A DNA stretch of 64,000 bases from an uncultured Christensenella sp. GTDB lineage: Bacteria; Bacillota; Clostridia; Christensenellales; UBA1242. Shown one piece after another: positions 1-12,400 of this stretch. The first letter of the stretch is position 1. Each line of letters starts with the position of its first letter. Location: the NCBI GenBank assembly GCA_964573405.1, contig CAZNJK010000004.1, positions 22-64,021 on the forward strand. Reading direction: 5' to 3'. Under the pieces are notes generated by a model. That model was not told the origin of the DNA. It did not search any database and saw nothing but the letters and a program-made list of their open reading frames with translations. Position numbers and translations under genes: made by a program.

Positions 1-2864
1 GGCAACATTCTCCCTACAATACCTTTGTTTCCGTGACGACCAGCCATCTTATCACCGACGCTAATCTTACGCTTTTGAGCAATTGTAACTTTAACCATCT
101 GGTTTACACCAGTTTCTAATTCGTCCTTATTCTTTCTTGAGAATATTTGAACATCTACTACAACACCACTTATTCCGTGAGGAACTCTTAAAGATGTGTC
201 TTTTACATCTCTTGCTTTCTCACCGAAAATGGCTCTAAGAAGTCTTTCTTCTGGGGTTGGCTCGGTCTCGCCCTTAGGGGTAACCTTACCTACTAGGATG
301 TCGCCCGGTTTTACTTCAGCACCTATACGAATAATTCCGTGTTCGTCTAGGTCTTTAAGTACATCTTCGCCCAAGTTAGGAATGTCACGAGTAAACTCTT
401 CATCACCTAATTTTGTGCTACGACACTTAACTTCTTCTTCTTTTAGGGAGATAGAAGTATATACGTCTTCTTTAACAAGTCTTTCCGATAGCAAAATAGC
501 GTCTTCGTAGTTGTAACCTTCCCAGTTCATAAATGCAATAAGCATATTCTTACCTAGCGACAACTCGCCACCGCAAGTGCTATACCCGTCGGCAAGAGTT
601 TCGCCCTTCTTAACCTTTTGACCGTGTTTAACTATGGTCTTTTGGTTAATGGTACTATCTTGGTTGGTTTTCTTAAACTTAGTAAGTTCGTAAGAATCAA
701 CTTGCCCATCATCGGTTGTAACTTCAATTCTATTGCCGTCAGCATAAGTTACTACACCGCTATTCTTAGCACATATAATCGCACCGTTATCCTTAGCAAT
801 CTTGTGCTCAATTCCAGTAGCGACTACTGGGGCTTCGGTTGTGATAAGTGGAACTGCTTGACGTTGCATGTTGTCACCCATCAAGGCACGCGCTGTATCG
901 TCATTTTCTACAAATGGAATAAGCGACGCTGGGATAGATATAAGTTGACCCGGAGTAACGTCCATATAATCAACTTGGTCTTTATTAACTTCTACGATTG
1001 TGTCGTAATAACGACATACAACACGGTCGTTTTTGAAACTTCCGTCTTCGTTAAGTGGCTCTGTTGCTTGTGCGATGTAGCAATACTCGTCTTCGTCAGC
1101 CATCAAATATACAACATCGTTAGTAACAACGCCCTTTTCTTTATTTATAACCCTATAAGCGGTTTCGATAAATCCATAATCATTAACTCTCGCTGCCGAT
1201 GCCAATGCATTGATAAGACCGATGTTTCCGCCTTCTGGGGTCTCGATAATACATATACGGCCGTAGTGACTGTGGTGAATATCACGCACTTCGTCGGTTG
1301 CACGGTCTTTCTTAATTCCGCCCGGACCTACTGCACTTATACGACGCTTTTGAGCAAGCGAAGAAAGTGGGTTCATTTCGTCCATCAATTGGCTCAATTG
1401 GTGACTTGCCAAGAAGTCCTTGAAAGCCCTATTTATAGGCCTTGCATTTACAACTTGTGCTGGAGTAATATCCACCAAGTCGTGACTTTGCAATGTTTCT
1501 TTTACAGCGTTGGAAAGTTTGTTCATTCCGCCACGCAATGCGTCTTGTAAAAGTTCGCCAGTACCCTTAATTCTACGATTGGCAAGGTGGTCAACGTTGT
1601 CAACATCGCCAATGCCCGCATTAAGGTCAAGGAAATAACTAACTGTAGCCAAAATATCATCAATAGTAAGTGTGCTACCTATTAATGCTTCATAGTTGTT
1701 TTTAATCGCTTCTTGACGCTCTTCTTTGGTCTTATATTCCTTCAAAAGTTCTTGAAGTGCAGGATAATATACTAATTGGTCTATACCAAGTTCTTTTTCG
1801 TTGCATTTAAATACTTCGCTAAGTTTTACACGATTGTTGCCGTATAATTTGTGCTTTTTGCCATTAATTGACACCCAAACTTCGTTAATTCCACAATGTT
1901 GGATTTTGTAAGCAAGTTCACGAGTAATAACTTCGCCTTCCTTCACCAAAAGCTTCTTGCCATCCATAATGTCTTCGCCAGCGGTCAAGTTAACAAGTCT
2001 ATTAGCAAGCGCCAACTTCTTATCTACCTTATATCGACCTACTTCACCAAGATTGTAATACTGAGTGCTGAAGAATTGTGAGAAAATGTATTGCTTTGTT
2101 GCTTCAGCATTAGGAATTTCACTAGGACGAGTCTTACGGCTAAGTTCCATAAGCGCATCGTTTTGGGTCTCAAAGCCGTCCTTTTCAAGTGTGGCTTTCA
2201 TTATCTCGTTGTTGCCAAGTTTTTCTAGAATTTGAGCACTTGTAAGTCCAAAACACTTTAGGAATATTCCAAGCGACAACTTTCCGCCCTTATCTAGCGC
2301 TACACGAAGCGAATTAGGGTCCTTTTCACGTTGCTCTATCTCAAGCCAACTACCACGCTTTGGATTAAGCGTACTAGCAAAAATCTCTCTACCGGTCTTG
2401 TCGATGGTCTTAGAGAAATACACGCTAGGACTCTTAACAATTTGGCTTACTACAACCCTTTCAATTCCGTTGAAAATAAAGGTGGCTTCTTCGGTCATAT
2501 AAGGAACATCGCCCAAGAATACTTCGCTCTCGATTACTTCGCCGGTCTCCTTAATTACAAGCCTTACTCTGCCTTTTAGTGCTACGGTGTAATTAAGACC
2601 CTTTCTTTTTGCTTCTGCCTTGGTAATCTTTGGCTTGTCCTCTAGCCAACAATCAAGAAAGTACACTTCTGCCTTACCGCTATAGTCGGTAATAGGCGAA
2701 AACTCATCCAAAACTTCCTTGATTCCACCATTTAAGAATTTGTAATATGAGTCCTTTTGAATCTCTAGCAAATATGGAAGTTCCATAACTTCCTTAGTCT
2801 TGCCAAAGGTGTAACGTAGGTTGTTACCATACTTTACTTTTCTAATGTTCTTCGTATCAAGCAT
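1..2864 (-). CDS. rpoB: DNA-directed RNA polymerase beta subunit, N-terminal ~954 codons (3' end runs off the window)
   Basis: Absent from the ORF track because it has no in-window stop. My minus-strand translation from ATG at 2864 reads MLDTKNIRKVKYGNNLRYTFGKTKEVMELPYLLEIQKDSY... It continues through RRISAVGPGGIKKDRATDEVRDIHHSHYGRICIIETPEGGNIGLI and ends at base 1 in GDKMAGRHGNKGIVGR, all hallmark RpoB blocks. A GGGGAGTGAG Shine-Dalgarno lies at 2872-2881, 7 nt from the ATG. Confidence 0.95.
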   Translation of the reverse strand, partial: MLDTKNIRKVKYGNNLRYTFGKTKEVMELPYLLEIQKDSYYKFLNGGIKEVLDEFSPITDYSGKAEVYFLDCWLEDKPKITKAEAKRKGLNYTVALKGRVRLVIKETGEVIESEVFLGDVPYMTEEATFIFNGIERVVVSQIVKSPSVYFSKTIDKTGREIFASTLNPKRGSWLEIEQREKDPNSLRVALDKGGKLSLGIFLKCFGLTSAQILEKLGNNEIMKATLEKDGFETQNDALMELSRKTRPSEIPNAEATKQYIFSQFFSTQYYNLGEVGRYKVDKKLALANRLVNLTAGEDIMDGKKLLVKEGEVITRELAYKIQHCGINEVWVSINGKKHKLYGNNRVKLSEVFKCNEKELGIDQLVYYPALQELLKEYKTKEERQEAIKNNYEALIGSTLTIDDILATVSYFLDLNAGIGDVDNVDHLANRRIKGTGELLQDALRGGMNKLSNAVKETLQSHDLVDITPAQVVNARPINRAFKDFLASHQLSQLMDEMNPLSSLAQKRRISAVGPGGIKKDRATDEVRDIHHSHYGRICIIETPEGGNIGLINALASAARVNDYGFIETAYRVINKEKGVVTNDVVYLMADEDEYCYIAQATEPLNEDGSFKNDRVVCRYYDTIVEVNKDQVDYMDVTPGQLISIPASLIPFVENDDTARALMGDNMQRQAVPLITTEAPVVATGIEHKIAKDNGAIICAKNSGVVTYADGNRIEVTTDDGQVDSYELTKFKKTNQDSTINQKTIVKHGQKVKKGETLADGYSTCGGELSLGKNMLIAFMNWEGYNYEDAILLSERLVKEDVYTSISLKEEEVKCRSTKLGDEEFTRDIPNLGEDVLKDLDEHGIIRIGAEVKPGDILVGKVTPKGETEPTPEERLLRAIFGEKARDVKDTSLRVPHGISGVVVDVQIFSRKNKDELETGVNQMVKVTIAQKRKISVGDKMAGRHGNKGIVGRML

Positions 2865-2923
2865 TTTCTAACTCACTCCCCTAAAAAGTTATTTATGTAC
2901 AATAATAGCAGTGCGCCACCGAG

Positions 2924-2977
2924 AAAAAAGCAAAAACCCACCTAGCATAGCCAAAACTGGCTACACTCACAAGTGGG
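2924..2977 (-). terminator. Terminator-like hairpin plus T-tract inside the rpoB leader (possible attenuator)
   Basis: Minus strand reads CCCAC-TTGTGAGTG-TAGCC-AGTTTT-GGCTA-TGCTAG-GTGGG followed by TTTTTGCTTTTTT. The outer 5 bp and inner 5 bp (extendable by G-C, A-T and G-U pairs) flank an internal loop. It lies between the predicted promoter (3043-3071) and the rpoB ATG (2864). Confidence 0.4.
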
Positions 2978-3042
2978 TATTAAAATAAATCAACTTAAAT
3001 CACAATCACAAAAAGCACACTTCTAATTATAATAGTGTAAGC

Positions 3043-3071
3043 ATTATATCATATGAAAATATTTAAGTCAA
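3043..3071 (-). promoter_or_regulatory. Sigma-A-type promoter for rpoB: TTGACT-N17-TATAAT with extended -10 TG
   Basis: Minus strand reads gttaTTGACTtaaatattttcataTGaTATAATgc. The -35 is at 3066-3071 and the -10 at 3043-3048, with a spacer of exactly 17 nt. It sits ~180 nt upstream of the rpoB ATG. Confidence 0.55.
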
Positions 3072-3338
3072 TAACTTTTTATAAAAAATTTATGAATTTA
3101 CATTATATACAATTTGCGTCATCAATGCAAATATTTTTAACTAAAAAAATAATTTTTAGCACTTTTTTACATCTTCACCCCAAAAATAAAAGTTCCATTA
3201 TTATTGATATATATTTATATAATATATTTTTATATTATATTATTCCAAGACTCGATTATTTCAAGACTCGTGCAACACGCAATAACTCAATCTACGCAAA
3301 AAACTCAACCACAATCGCATAAAAATCACTCACACCAC

Positions 3339-3377
3339 AAAAAAAAGGCTTACGGAAATTACTTCCGTAAGCCTTTT
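3339..3377 (-). terminator. Rho-independent terminator of giant ORF 1
   Basis: Perfect 13-bp stem AAGGCTTACGGAA (3345-3357) / TTCCGTAAGCCTT (3363-3375) with a 5-nt loop. On the minus strand it is followed by a T-run (the A-run at 3339-3346 on plus). It lies 45 nt after the TAA stop at 3422-3424. Confidence 0.85.
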
Positions 3378-3421
3378 ACATCAAGTGTTGATGTGAGAAA
3401 ATTGACTTATTAAGTTCAATA

Positions 3422-6400
3422 TTATTTGTCAGCACTTCCCGAAGAAGTTGTATATATTGGGATGTCTTTATATTTCATAGTTATAGAAATACTTCCGCCA
3501 CCAGTTATGTCGATAGTCATACCGCTTGGAATGGTGCCAGTACTAGAACTATATTCATTTCTACTGAACACATAAGATTTCCTTGTTCCAGTTGTTTTGA
3601 TGTTATATATCGCTTTTTGCGTTATTGAACATATAGTGATTGTAACTGCTTCATTTGATCCCGATGCATCCGTCTTGTATATCGTGTATTGTAATTTGAA
3701 TGTCCTTGATACCACTCTCTCGGTAGCGGATATTTCTTCATCTGAATACAAATCATAATCTTCTACCCACTCCCAATGTATACACATATAGTACTTACCA
3801 TCACTACCTTTCCACGCTATGCAACATTCATCTTGCGGGTCATACTGTATATACAAGCCATTTTTACTCTCATCATAGAAATGACCCCATTCTTCACCAC
3901 GATACAAGTTATTAAATTCAGCTTCTGAGATTTCAATAACTGCATAGCCATCTTCACCATTAGGAATTCTATTATAATCTTGTTCCCAGTCCACAGCTGT
4001 CAAGTTAAACACATCACCCCATTCATTAAGTTCTTGAATGCTATATATGAATGTTTTAGTAGAATATTTATAGTTAATAGACGAAATTTCATAATATCGC
4101 CCATTGATTGGACCAAAGGATTTGAACCTAAAACTTACGCTACCAGTCGGATCGCTCTTAATTGTATCAAGACTAATAGTACCTAAGGATTTTTTTATAT
4201 CATCCCCATTGTCAGTTTGAGTTTTCCCAGCAATTTCCGTTATATATGCCGTTGCAAAGCCCCCCATTGAAGATGACCACTTAACTTTAAATTCTACTTC
4301 AACACCGCCAACATTTCCAGTATAAGTACCAGAGATTGCTTTTGCATTATATACATTGCTGAAGCCATATACTTTAGAATCAACTGTAGAGCCAACTATC
4401 TTATTACCTGCAATAGAGCCAACATATTGCTGTCCAAATACATAGCCGTTGTTGGTGTTAGTACCGCTTACAGAACTCACCCATCCAGCAATCCCGCCTA
4501 TATAATATTGTTTTCCAAAGATTGTTCCACTATTTGTATTATTTCCTTGCAAATGGGAAACAGAACCTATAATACCGCCCACATAGGACAAATCTCCCGT
4601 TGCTGTAACTTCGCCAGTGTTGGTATTTTTACCATACACATAACTATTTACCAGTCCAGCAATTCCGCCCACATGTTGCGGACCACTAACTGAACCATTA
4701 TTTGTATTTGTACCATATATCGATTGATGAACATAGCCCACAATTCCGCCTACATAGGTATATGAAGAATCAGACCCTTCAATTGTACCATAGTTGGTAT
4801 TTATTGGCGAACTTGTACTACTGCCAATATTGACACTATCTCCAACAATTCCGCCTACATAACTAGTACCCGTAATTTCTGGAGTATAAGTAGTGCCATT
4901 GTATGTGCCACCATTAGTGTTTGCACCCTGTATCGAATCCTTCACATAACCAGCAATTCCACCTACACTGTTAGCACCTGTCACATTGCCATAGTTTTTG
5001 TTAGTACCACTACTTACCGAGCCTTTTACATAACCAGCAATTCCACCTATATGGTTGCCAGTACCGGTAATTGTACCACTATTTGTATTAGTACCACTTA
5101 CCGAACTTGCCCAACCTACGATTCCGCCAGCATCGGAGTCGCCATTTGAGTCAGCACCTGCTGTGATTGTGCCACTATTTGTATTAGTACCACTTACATC
5201 ACCACCTACTTGTCCGGCAATACCACCGACACAATCAACACCTTTTACATCGCCGTAGTTTTTGTTAGTGCCATTTACATTATACTTCACATAACCTGCA
5301 ATTCCACCTACATTACTTGCAATAGAAAGAGTGTTAATAGTCCCATAATTTTCATTAGTACCATATACTGAACCATAAACATATCCAGCAATACCGCCTA
5401 TAAAGGTATCGCTAGAATTAGTCCCTTTAATCGTGCCGTAGTTAGTATTTGTTGGAAAGAGACTTGAATTTCCAATCGAAGAACATCTACCCACAATTCC
5501 ACCTACATAACTAGTACCTTTAATTACAGGGGTATAAGTAGTGCCACCATTAGTATTGGTTCCAAATACTGTGGTGCCGTTCACATAACCCGCGATTCCG
5601 CCTACATAGTTGCCGGTTCCGGTAATATTTCCAGTATTTGTGTTAGTTCCATATACTAAACTGTCCACAAAACCCGCGATTCCGCCTACGCACACTTGTC
5701 CACTTACTGAACCATTATTTTCGTTTGTACCATTTAGACTTTGTAGGAATCCGGCAATACCGCCCACTCCAGACATTATGCCACCCACTGCATCATCCCA
5801 AGTGCCCGATGAAGTAGCTGTTATTGTCCCAGAGTTAGTATTTTTAGTTGTTGAATCGAAACTAGATGCACTACCTACGATTCCGCCAACATCGTCACGG
5901 CCTGTTACATTGCCGGTATTAGTGTTAGTGCCATATACAACACTATAACACAAACCTACAATACCACCTACACCGTCACCGGTGCCGGTAACATTACCAG
6001 AGTTTGCATTTGTAGTAGAACTATTGCCAAACAAACCTTTTACATAACCCGCGATTCCGCCGGCATAGGAGTAATCATCTGAGTCTTTAGCTGTTGTGAC
6101 AGTGCCATTATTTGTATTTGACCCGATTAGGTCTGTATCTATATAGCCTACAATTCCGCCAGCATAGTTAATGTTTGCTGTTACTGTTGAATTATTTGTA
6201 TTGCCAGTAATAGATATTGTAGTAGCAGTGCCTTTCTCAACATATCCTACAATTCCGCCAGCATACCAGCCCACAGCATAAATTGTTGGAGTATATGTAG
6301 TACCATTGTATGTACCGCCATTAGTATTGTTTTTAATTGTTACATTATTACCAGGATCAATTACCCCACCTACAATTCCACCTACATAATAACAATAAGT

Positions 6401-9400
6401 AAAATAGCCATCGCTTGTTACATTGCCATAGTTTTTATTTTCTTCAATGATCGAAGCACTTGATTTTCCTACGATGCCACCTATATGGTTTTTACCATTA
6501 ATTTGTGCTAGGTTAACGCATTCACTAATTTTTATATTGTTTCCACCAAGGCCTACAATTCCACCGGCACTTGAATAACCAGATGTGATTATCCCTTTAT
6601 TTATACAGCCACTGATTTGTGCGCTACTTCCGAATGAATAACCCGCAATTCCACCAGCCGAGCCATAACCATTAGTTGAAGAAGATGTGCTTATTGCACC
6701 AGTATTTGTACAATTTTGAATAACACAACCGCTTCCACCCATCCAACCTACAACTCCGCCGGCATCACTGCCTTTATCTGTTGCACTATTTACTATCTCA
6801 CCACTGTTTGTTGTGGTTCCGCTAGTGCCACATATCTTACAACTCTCGGCTCTTCCTACTATTCCGCCTACACCGGACCAGCTTTCAGAGCTTACGGTTA
6901 TAGTATATGTATTTGCGGTGACATTACCGCTATTTGTATTGTCTTTCATATTTAGGCATTTTCCATAGCCTAGGATTCCACCTACTATTGTGCTAGTAGC
7001 GGTAATTGAACCACTATTGGTGTTTCCTGATACATTCGCATCGGCAGGAATACTACTTCCAGTAGCATAACTTCCGGCAATTCCGCCTACAAATGAGTGG
7101 CCATATACATTGCCTTTATTTGTGTTACCACTTACAGTAGGTTGACTAGCGATATGTCCTACAATACCGCCGACGTAGGTACCTTCTCTACTTGTAACAG
7201 TAGTGAGAATATTTATTTGTTTACCCGAAACTTCGCCACTGTTAGTATTGTTACTTACTGTATCACCATATATAAAACCTACAAGTCCGCCGACATATGT
7301 TCCTGCAAATTTATTATACGACTTATATACATATAAAGTGCCACTATTTTCGCAATTTGTAAGACTGCCATGCAATTCTCCTACAAGACCACCAGCATAG
7401 TTGACTACTCCATCATTCCAAGTTCCTTCTTCACGGATGTTTTTGTAATTATAACACTTATCGACATTTCCGTAGAACTTATATGTAATTGCCGAACTAT
7501 ACATTGCCGGAATACCCTCAGCAGTGTCATCCGCGTTCACAGCAAGTTCGGAATTGTTACTATTACTAATTGTTACATTAGATATTGATGAATATGTCCC
7601 TAACCTAGTTCCTTTTATTGTTTGTGTAAACCCATCACTAGTTGTACTAGGGCTTGTATCGTACGCATCAGCAGAATATCCTAAAATTCCGCTTACATAT
7701 CTAAATTCATTAGCGGTATATAATTTCCCTTTATATTTTCTCTCCATCTCAAATACACCACTAAAGGTAACGCCATCAGCAATAAAGTACCCTTCTTTGC
7801 CATTAGCCAGCGTTGTGCTAGCATCGGAATATTTTGCGATATTTACACTAGCGTGATATCCTACTGCTCCACCATATGCGGTAGAAGGGTTTCCGCTAAC
7901 GGAACCTATCTTACCATATGCATCTGCACTAACACTTGTTACATTACTCGTGCCATAGATTGTTGAACTTACTTTTGTTCCGTTATATATCTGGGTATTG
8001 AATCGGGCAAGACCAATTACGCCACCCACTGCGGATACATTTGAACCATTGTTGTTGAAATTCAACTTGTAGTAGTAATTATTGTCGTTATTGATGCCTA
8101 TATATGTCCTTTTGGCAGATGAATCAAAGCCATAGTCGGTCATCTTGGTTTTGTAATAGTTATCAATGTCATTTACATCACTACTGCTACTCATCTTTAC
8201 ACTGCCACTTACAGTAGCACCACTAACCGTAATGAAGTAACCTTCACCTGTTAGCCCACCTACTGCGAATTTGCCATCCACACTCACGGATGACTTAATA
8301 CTAGAGTAAGTAAGTTGTTGAGTTATTCCGCTGATAGTACCGCTGGTAGCAATAGAGAAGTTGTCGGCATAGCCGGTCAATGCTCCTACACGATAACCAC
8401 CCTTTACGTTACCACTTAAGTTAATGTTAAAGAAACTTAAGTTTTTGGAATAACCGAATAGTCCCACGTCGTTTGAACCACTTAAATTAATGTCGATTGT
8501 TCTCCTTGTATCACCTATAATCTTCGTAATTCTATTCCACGTACCGAATGGGAATTCTTTAGTACTTACGTTTCTATCTATAGTTCCACTAAAATTCAAC
8601 TTCATATTGAATGCTATTTCTTTGCCGTCGTTTCGGAAACGAAGCAAGTCGTATAGCCACTCGTTGAATTGCGTTTCGTTATCCAATACAGAGTAATTTC
8701 CATCATATTTTACACTACTAAGTAACACATCGCCTGGGCTTGACCAGTTGAATAAGAAGCCGGTGGTGATGTCTGATGTTCCACTCCTTACAGTCCTACT
8801 AGTCGTAGTAGTCACTGTAATTGCTTGGGTGTAATAGTCAGTATTTAAGGCAAATACACGAGCGGTGCCACCACTTGTAGTACTTACTTTATAATCATCA
8901 TTTACCTTGTACATATATGTGTAGAATCTGATTGAGACTCCCGAAGTTGTATCACCAAGATAAACACACCTTCTAGAATTAACCCAATTATTAGTTGATG
9001 TGTCATAACCACCTAAATACGCCGTTTCGTTAGTTAGCGAATCACTTGTAAAGTCTTGGCTAACCGTGCTAATATTCCCGTCTGATCCATCAGAGAATGT
9101 TATATTATAACTAGATGTTAACTTAGAATCTACATAAATTGCACCTGCACTAGTTGGAGTAAACTCCGCTTCTTTAATATATAAGGTCTTAGAATCATAG
9201 GTAAATGTTTTTTCTGAACCAGCCGTCCAACCAGACTCTAGCCTTCCGGTTGATAAGTTATAGCGGTCAACATTCTTATCTACATATGCTCCTCCACCTA
9301 TTCCATATGTAACCATAATGTTGCCAAGTCGATTTTGGTTAGTATATACACAGCCAATTATATTTTTGTTATAGTTATTGGCGTTACTTGACAAGCCATA

Positions 9401-12400
9401 CATTGCCACATATAAGTTGTTGACATCGGAGTTAGATAAGAATCCTACGGCGGTACCTATGTTGCCCGCTTTTTTATCGCGAGTCACATTGTAGTTTTCA
9501 TTAGGAACAAGCACTACGCACTCCTTAATTTCGCCATTGTACATATCGCCTACGATTCCGCCCATTGTTTGACTACCGGCATTGTCATCGTCCGTTGTTC
9601 TATACGAACTAAGGAAAGTCCTTACAATACAACTTGCGATATTGTTGTCGTTATCGGCCTTTGTGCCATCAGCGTGACCTACAATTCCACCCATAACGGC
9701 ATCGTTGCCGTTATTGACAATATCTACATCAAATACTTCGCATGATGCAATTGTGCTACCACTTGTTTCGCCTACAATTCCGCCCATGCGGGTCTTTGTC
9801 CAGCCTGGGATTCTTGAAGAGATGACAAAACTGCTCTTATTTGTAGTGCTAGAGTCGTTGGTTAGGTTATAACCTTCGACTTTAATATTTGCGATTATTG
9901 TGCCATGCTTTGTATTACCGGATTTTCCGGTTTCGCCAATGCCGGCATAACCTACAATTCCGCCAATACGGACTACTTGTTGACCAGAGCCTTTTTCAGT
10001 GCTTTTGCTATTGTTTAGTTTTACATAATGATATATTGGCGAGCCATCACTAGCCTTACTTATGACTTCGATGTCTTGGATAGTGCAGTTGCCTACACAA
10101 CCCGCAAGTAATCCAGCGTAGCCTTCATCTCCGTTTTTAGGCTCTATAGACACTCTATTGCCTATATATGTGTTACCTTTCTTAGTGCCACCAAACTTGA
10201 TGTTTTTGATAGTAGCACCACGGTCAGTAGATTTTTCACCACATACTGCACCGAATAGTCCGGAGTAGTAGTTCCCGTTATTGGATTGCACTCCCGCACA
10301 CGACATACCGGTGATTGTATGTCCTTGACCGTCGAATGTACCCATAAATGGATGATTCGAAGTCCCGATAGGGGTCCAAAGCATACCTTTATCGTCGTCT
10401 TGTTCCATAAACGACCTTGCACTTGATGGCATTGTGCTTAGATCAATATCGGAAGTTAGTTTGTATGTTTTACCACTAGTACTTCCGCCATTATTGACAT
10501 AGTACATAAAGTCAGCAAGGTCATAGGCACTTGTGATTTTATAATACCCCCCAGTACTGTCGTATTTTGGACCACTCCTGACCTCATAGTAAGGATTACC
10601 GCTCGCCTGTGACAATGCCACATCGTACCAGTTGGTATAGTTTGCGGTGTGAAGGGTTGGGAACCCGAAGTTGCGGGTGATTCCGTCAGTGTCGGTATTT
10701 GTTGTGCCGTCGGCATTATAGCCGTTGCCGTACTTCCCCGCGCCCCAGTTGTTAATGAAGTCAAATTCATTAAGGGTTGTTTCGGCGTTGTAGCCACGGT
10801 AGTTTTTCAATTCAACATTATTATAAGTTTCAGTATTAGTTCCAGGACCGCTGTTGACAACAGTAATGTTTGTGACATATCCGCTTTCTTGAACAATAAA
10901 TACATTGCCTTTAGTCGACATAAACTTAGTATACGGACTAGAAACATTAACATTAAGGTATCCGCCATTTTTGTTGTACTTACCATATACAATTTTACCG
11001 CTCGGATTGGTGATAGTCCCATCATCATTTGCGACTGTATCGTTATATGAATATGCATATGAGTAGTAATTTGTAACAGTTATACTACCTATAGAACTTG
11101 AGTTGCTTAAAGCATACATCTTATATCTACTTTCGGATGGATCTACAAAACTCTCTACTGCGACATAGCAGTCGTATATATTAAGGGTGCCACTTACAAC
11201 ACCTACTAATGCACTTACATGATTGCTAGTTTTCCCGTTGTATGCGCTATATCCTTCTACACCTACACGAGATAGTCTTGCAGAATATCCGCTATATACA
11301 TTACCAATTATGGAGCCCATATTAACAGCATTGTTATCAGCGTTTGTTCGTGCCTTATTTGAAAATACCGTAGTGACATTTCGGAAAGTCACATCTGCAA
11401 TTGTTGAGTTCGCAGTGCGGAAGAATCCTATATTGTGCATATTGTCTAGGATCATTACATTGCTAATTGTCCAGCCCCCAAACTCGATATATGCATATAA
11501 GTCCACTGGCGTCCAGATTTTGCCACCTAGGTCGATTGCAGAGTCTCCGGTGTATTTAATTATGACATCCGCCTTATTATAAACTAGTTCACCAGTATTA
11601 TCGCGATAATAAAGTGCATATGCCAACTCTTCAGCACTATTAATTTCGACATAGTTGCTAATAATGGTACCTTTTATGGTCAATGGATCTGATGTTGGGC
11701 TCTCGCCTACCCACTTCCAACTATTAGAGTAAAGTTGTTTGTCATTGAAGTGGTCTTTTTCCATTGCCATTAGTGTAACTGGCACTGCACTGCCATCGTC
11801 GTTGGTTGTGCGGTTCCATGTAAATACATTAACAAGGTCAATTTTTTCACTGTTGTATAGCGAGTCGATATTGAATTTGTAATATGGCACACCCGCTTCG
11901 GTATATGCAATATATTTTGGTAATTCATTTGTAAAGTTGTCGTATGAATAATATATTTTACTCTTGGATAGATCAGATCTTGATGAAATATCTACCCACA
12001 CTACTGTATCAAGATAAGCCATACAATCTATCATATTTGCATTTCTTAATGCAGTAAGTCTACCATCTGTGTTACTGCGCCATAAGTGAGTGACTTTTGA
12101 CTGAATAATCCCCGCCTTGTCGCCGGTTGAGGAGAACATTGTTCCATTTGCATTGTTAAAGTTGAAGTAGCAGTACATAAATATGCCGTTATTTGTTCCT
12201 ACGAATGAATTACTGGTATGCTCAAATATTCCTACTAATGTACTACCAATAACCACACCATTATTTGTTCCAATAGATGGATGTGTTATTGAATAATCCG
12301 CATTAGCCTTAAGTCCTACAACATATCCGTTGTTTTCTGATATCACTTTGACAACATCTTCAGTCTTATGCATGCCTGTTGTCTCATAGTAACCATTATA

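Noticed and set aside
196-2579. Plus-strand ORFs (104, 310, 61, 82 aa) at the left edge
   Set aside because: The opposite strand encodes an unmistakable RpoB, which the track omits because it has no in-window stop. The plus-strand ORFs are shadows.
3053-3413. Two small ORFs (89 and 69 aa) in the rpoB / giant-gene spacer
   Set aside because: The DNA is extremely AT-rich, the translations are Ile/Phe/Tyr/Lys-biased nonsense, and there is no RBS. The region is better explained as promoter, leader and terminator DNA.
4380-7400. Regular ~70-nt periodicity that could superficially suggest a CRISPR or satellite array
   Set aside because: The periodicity is in-frame within a 24.9-kb ORF and corresponds to protein solenoid coils (GG[IV][AV]G). 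The units are variable in length and sequence, and there is no repeat/spacer alternation or nearby cas genes.
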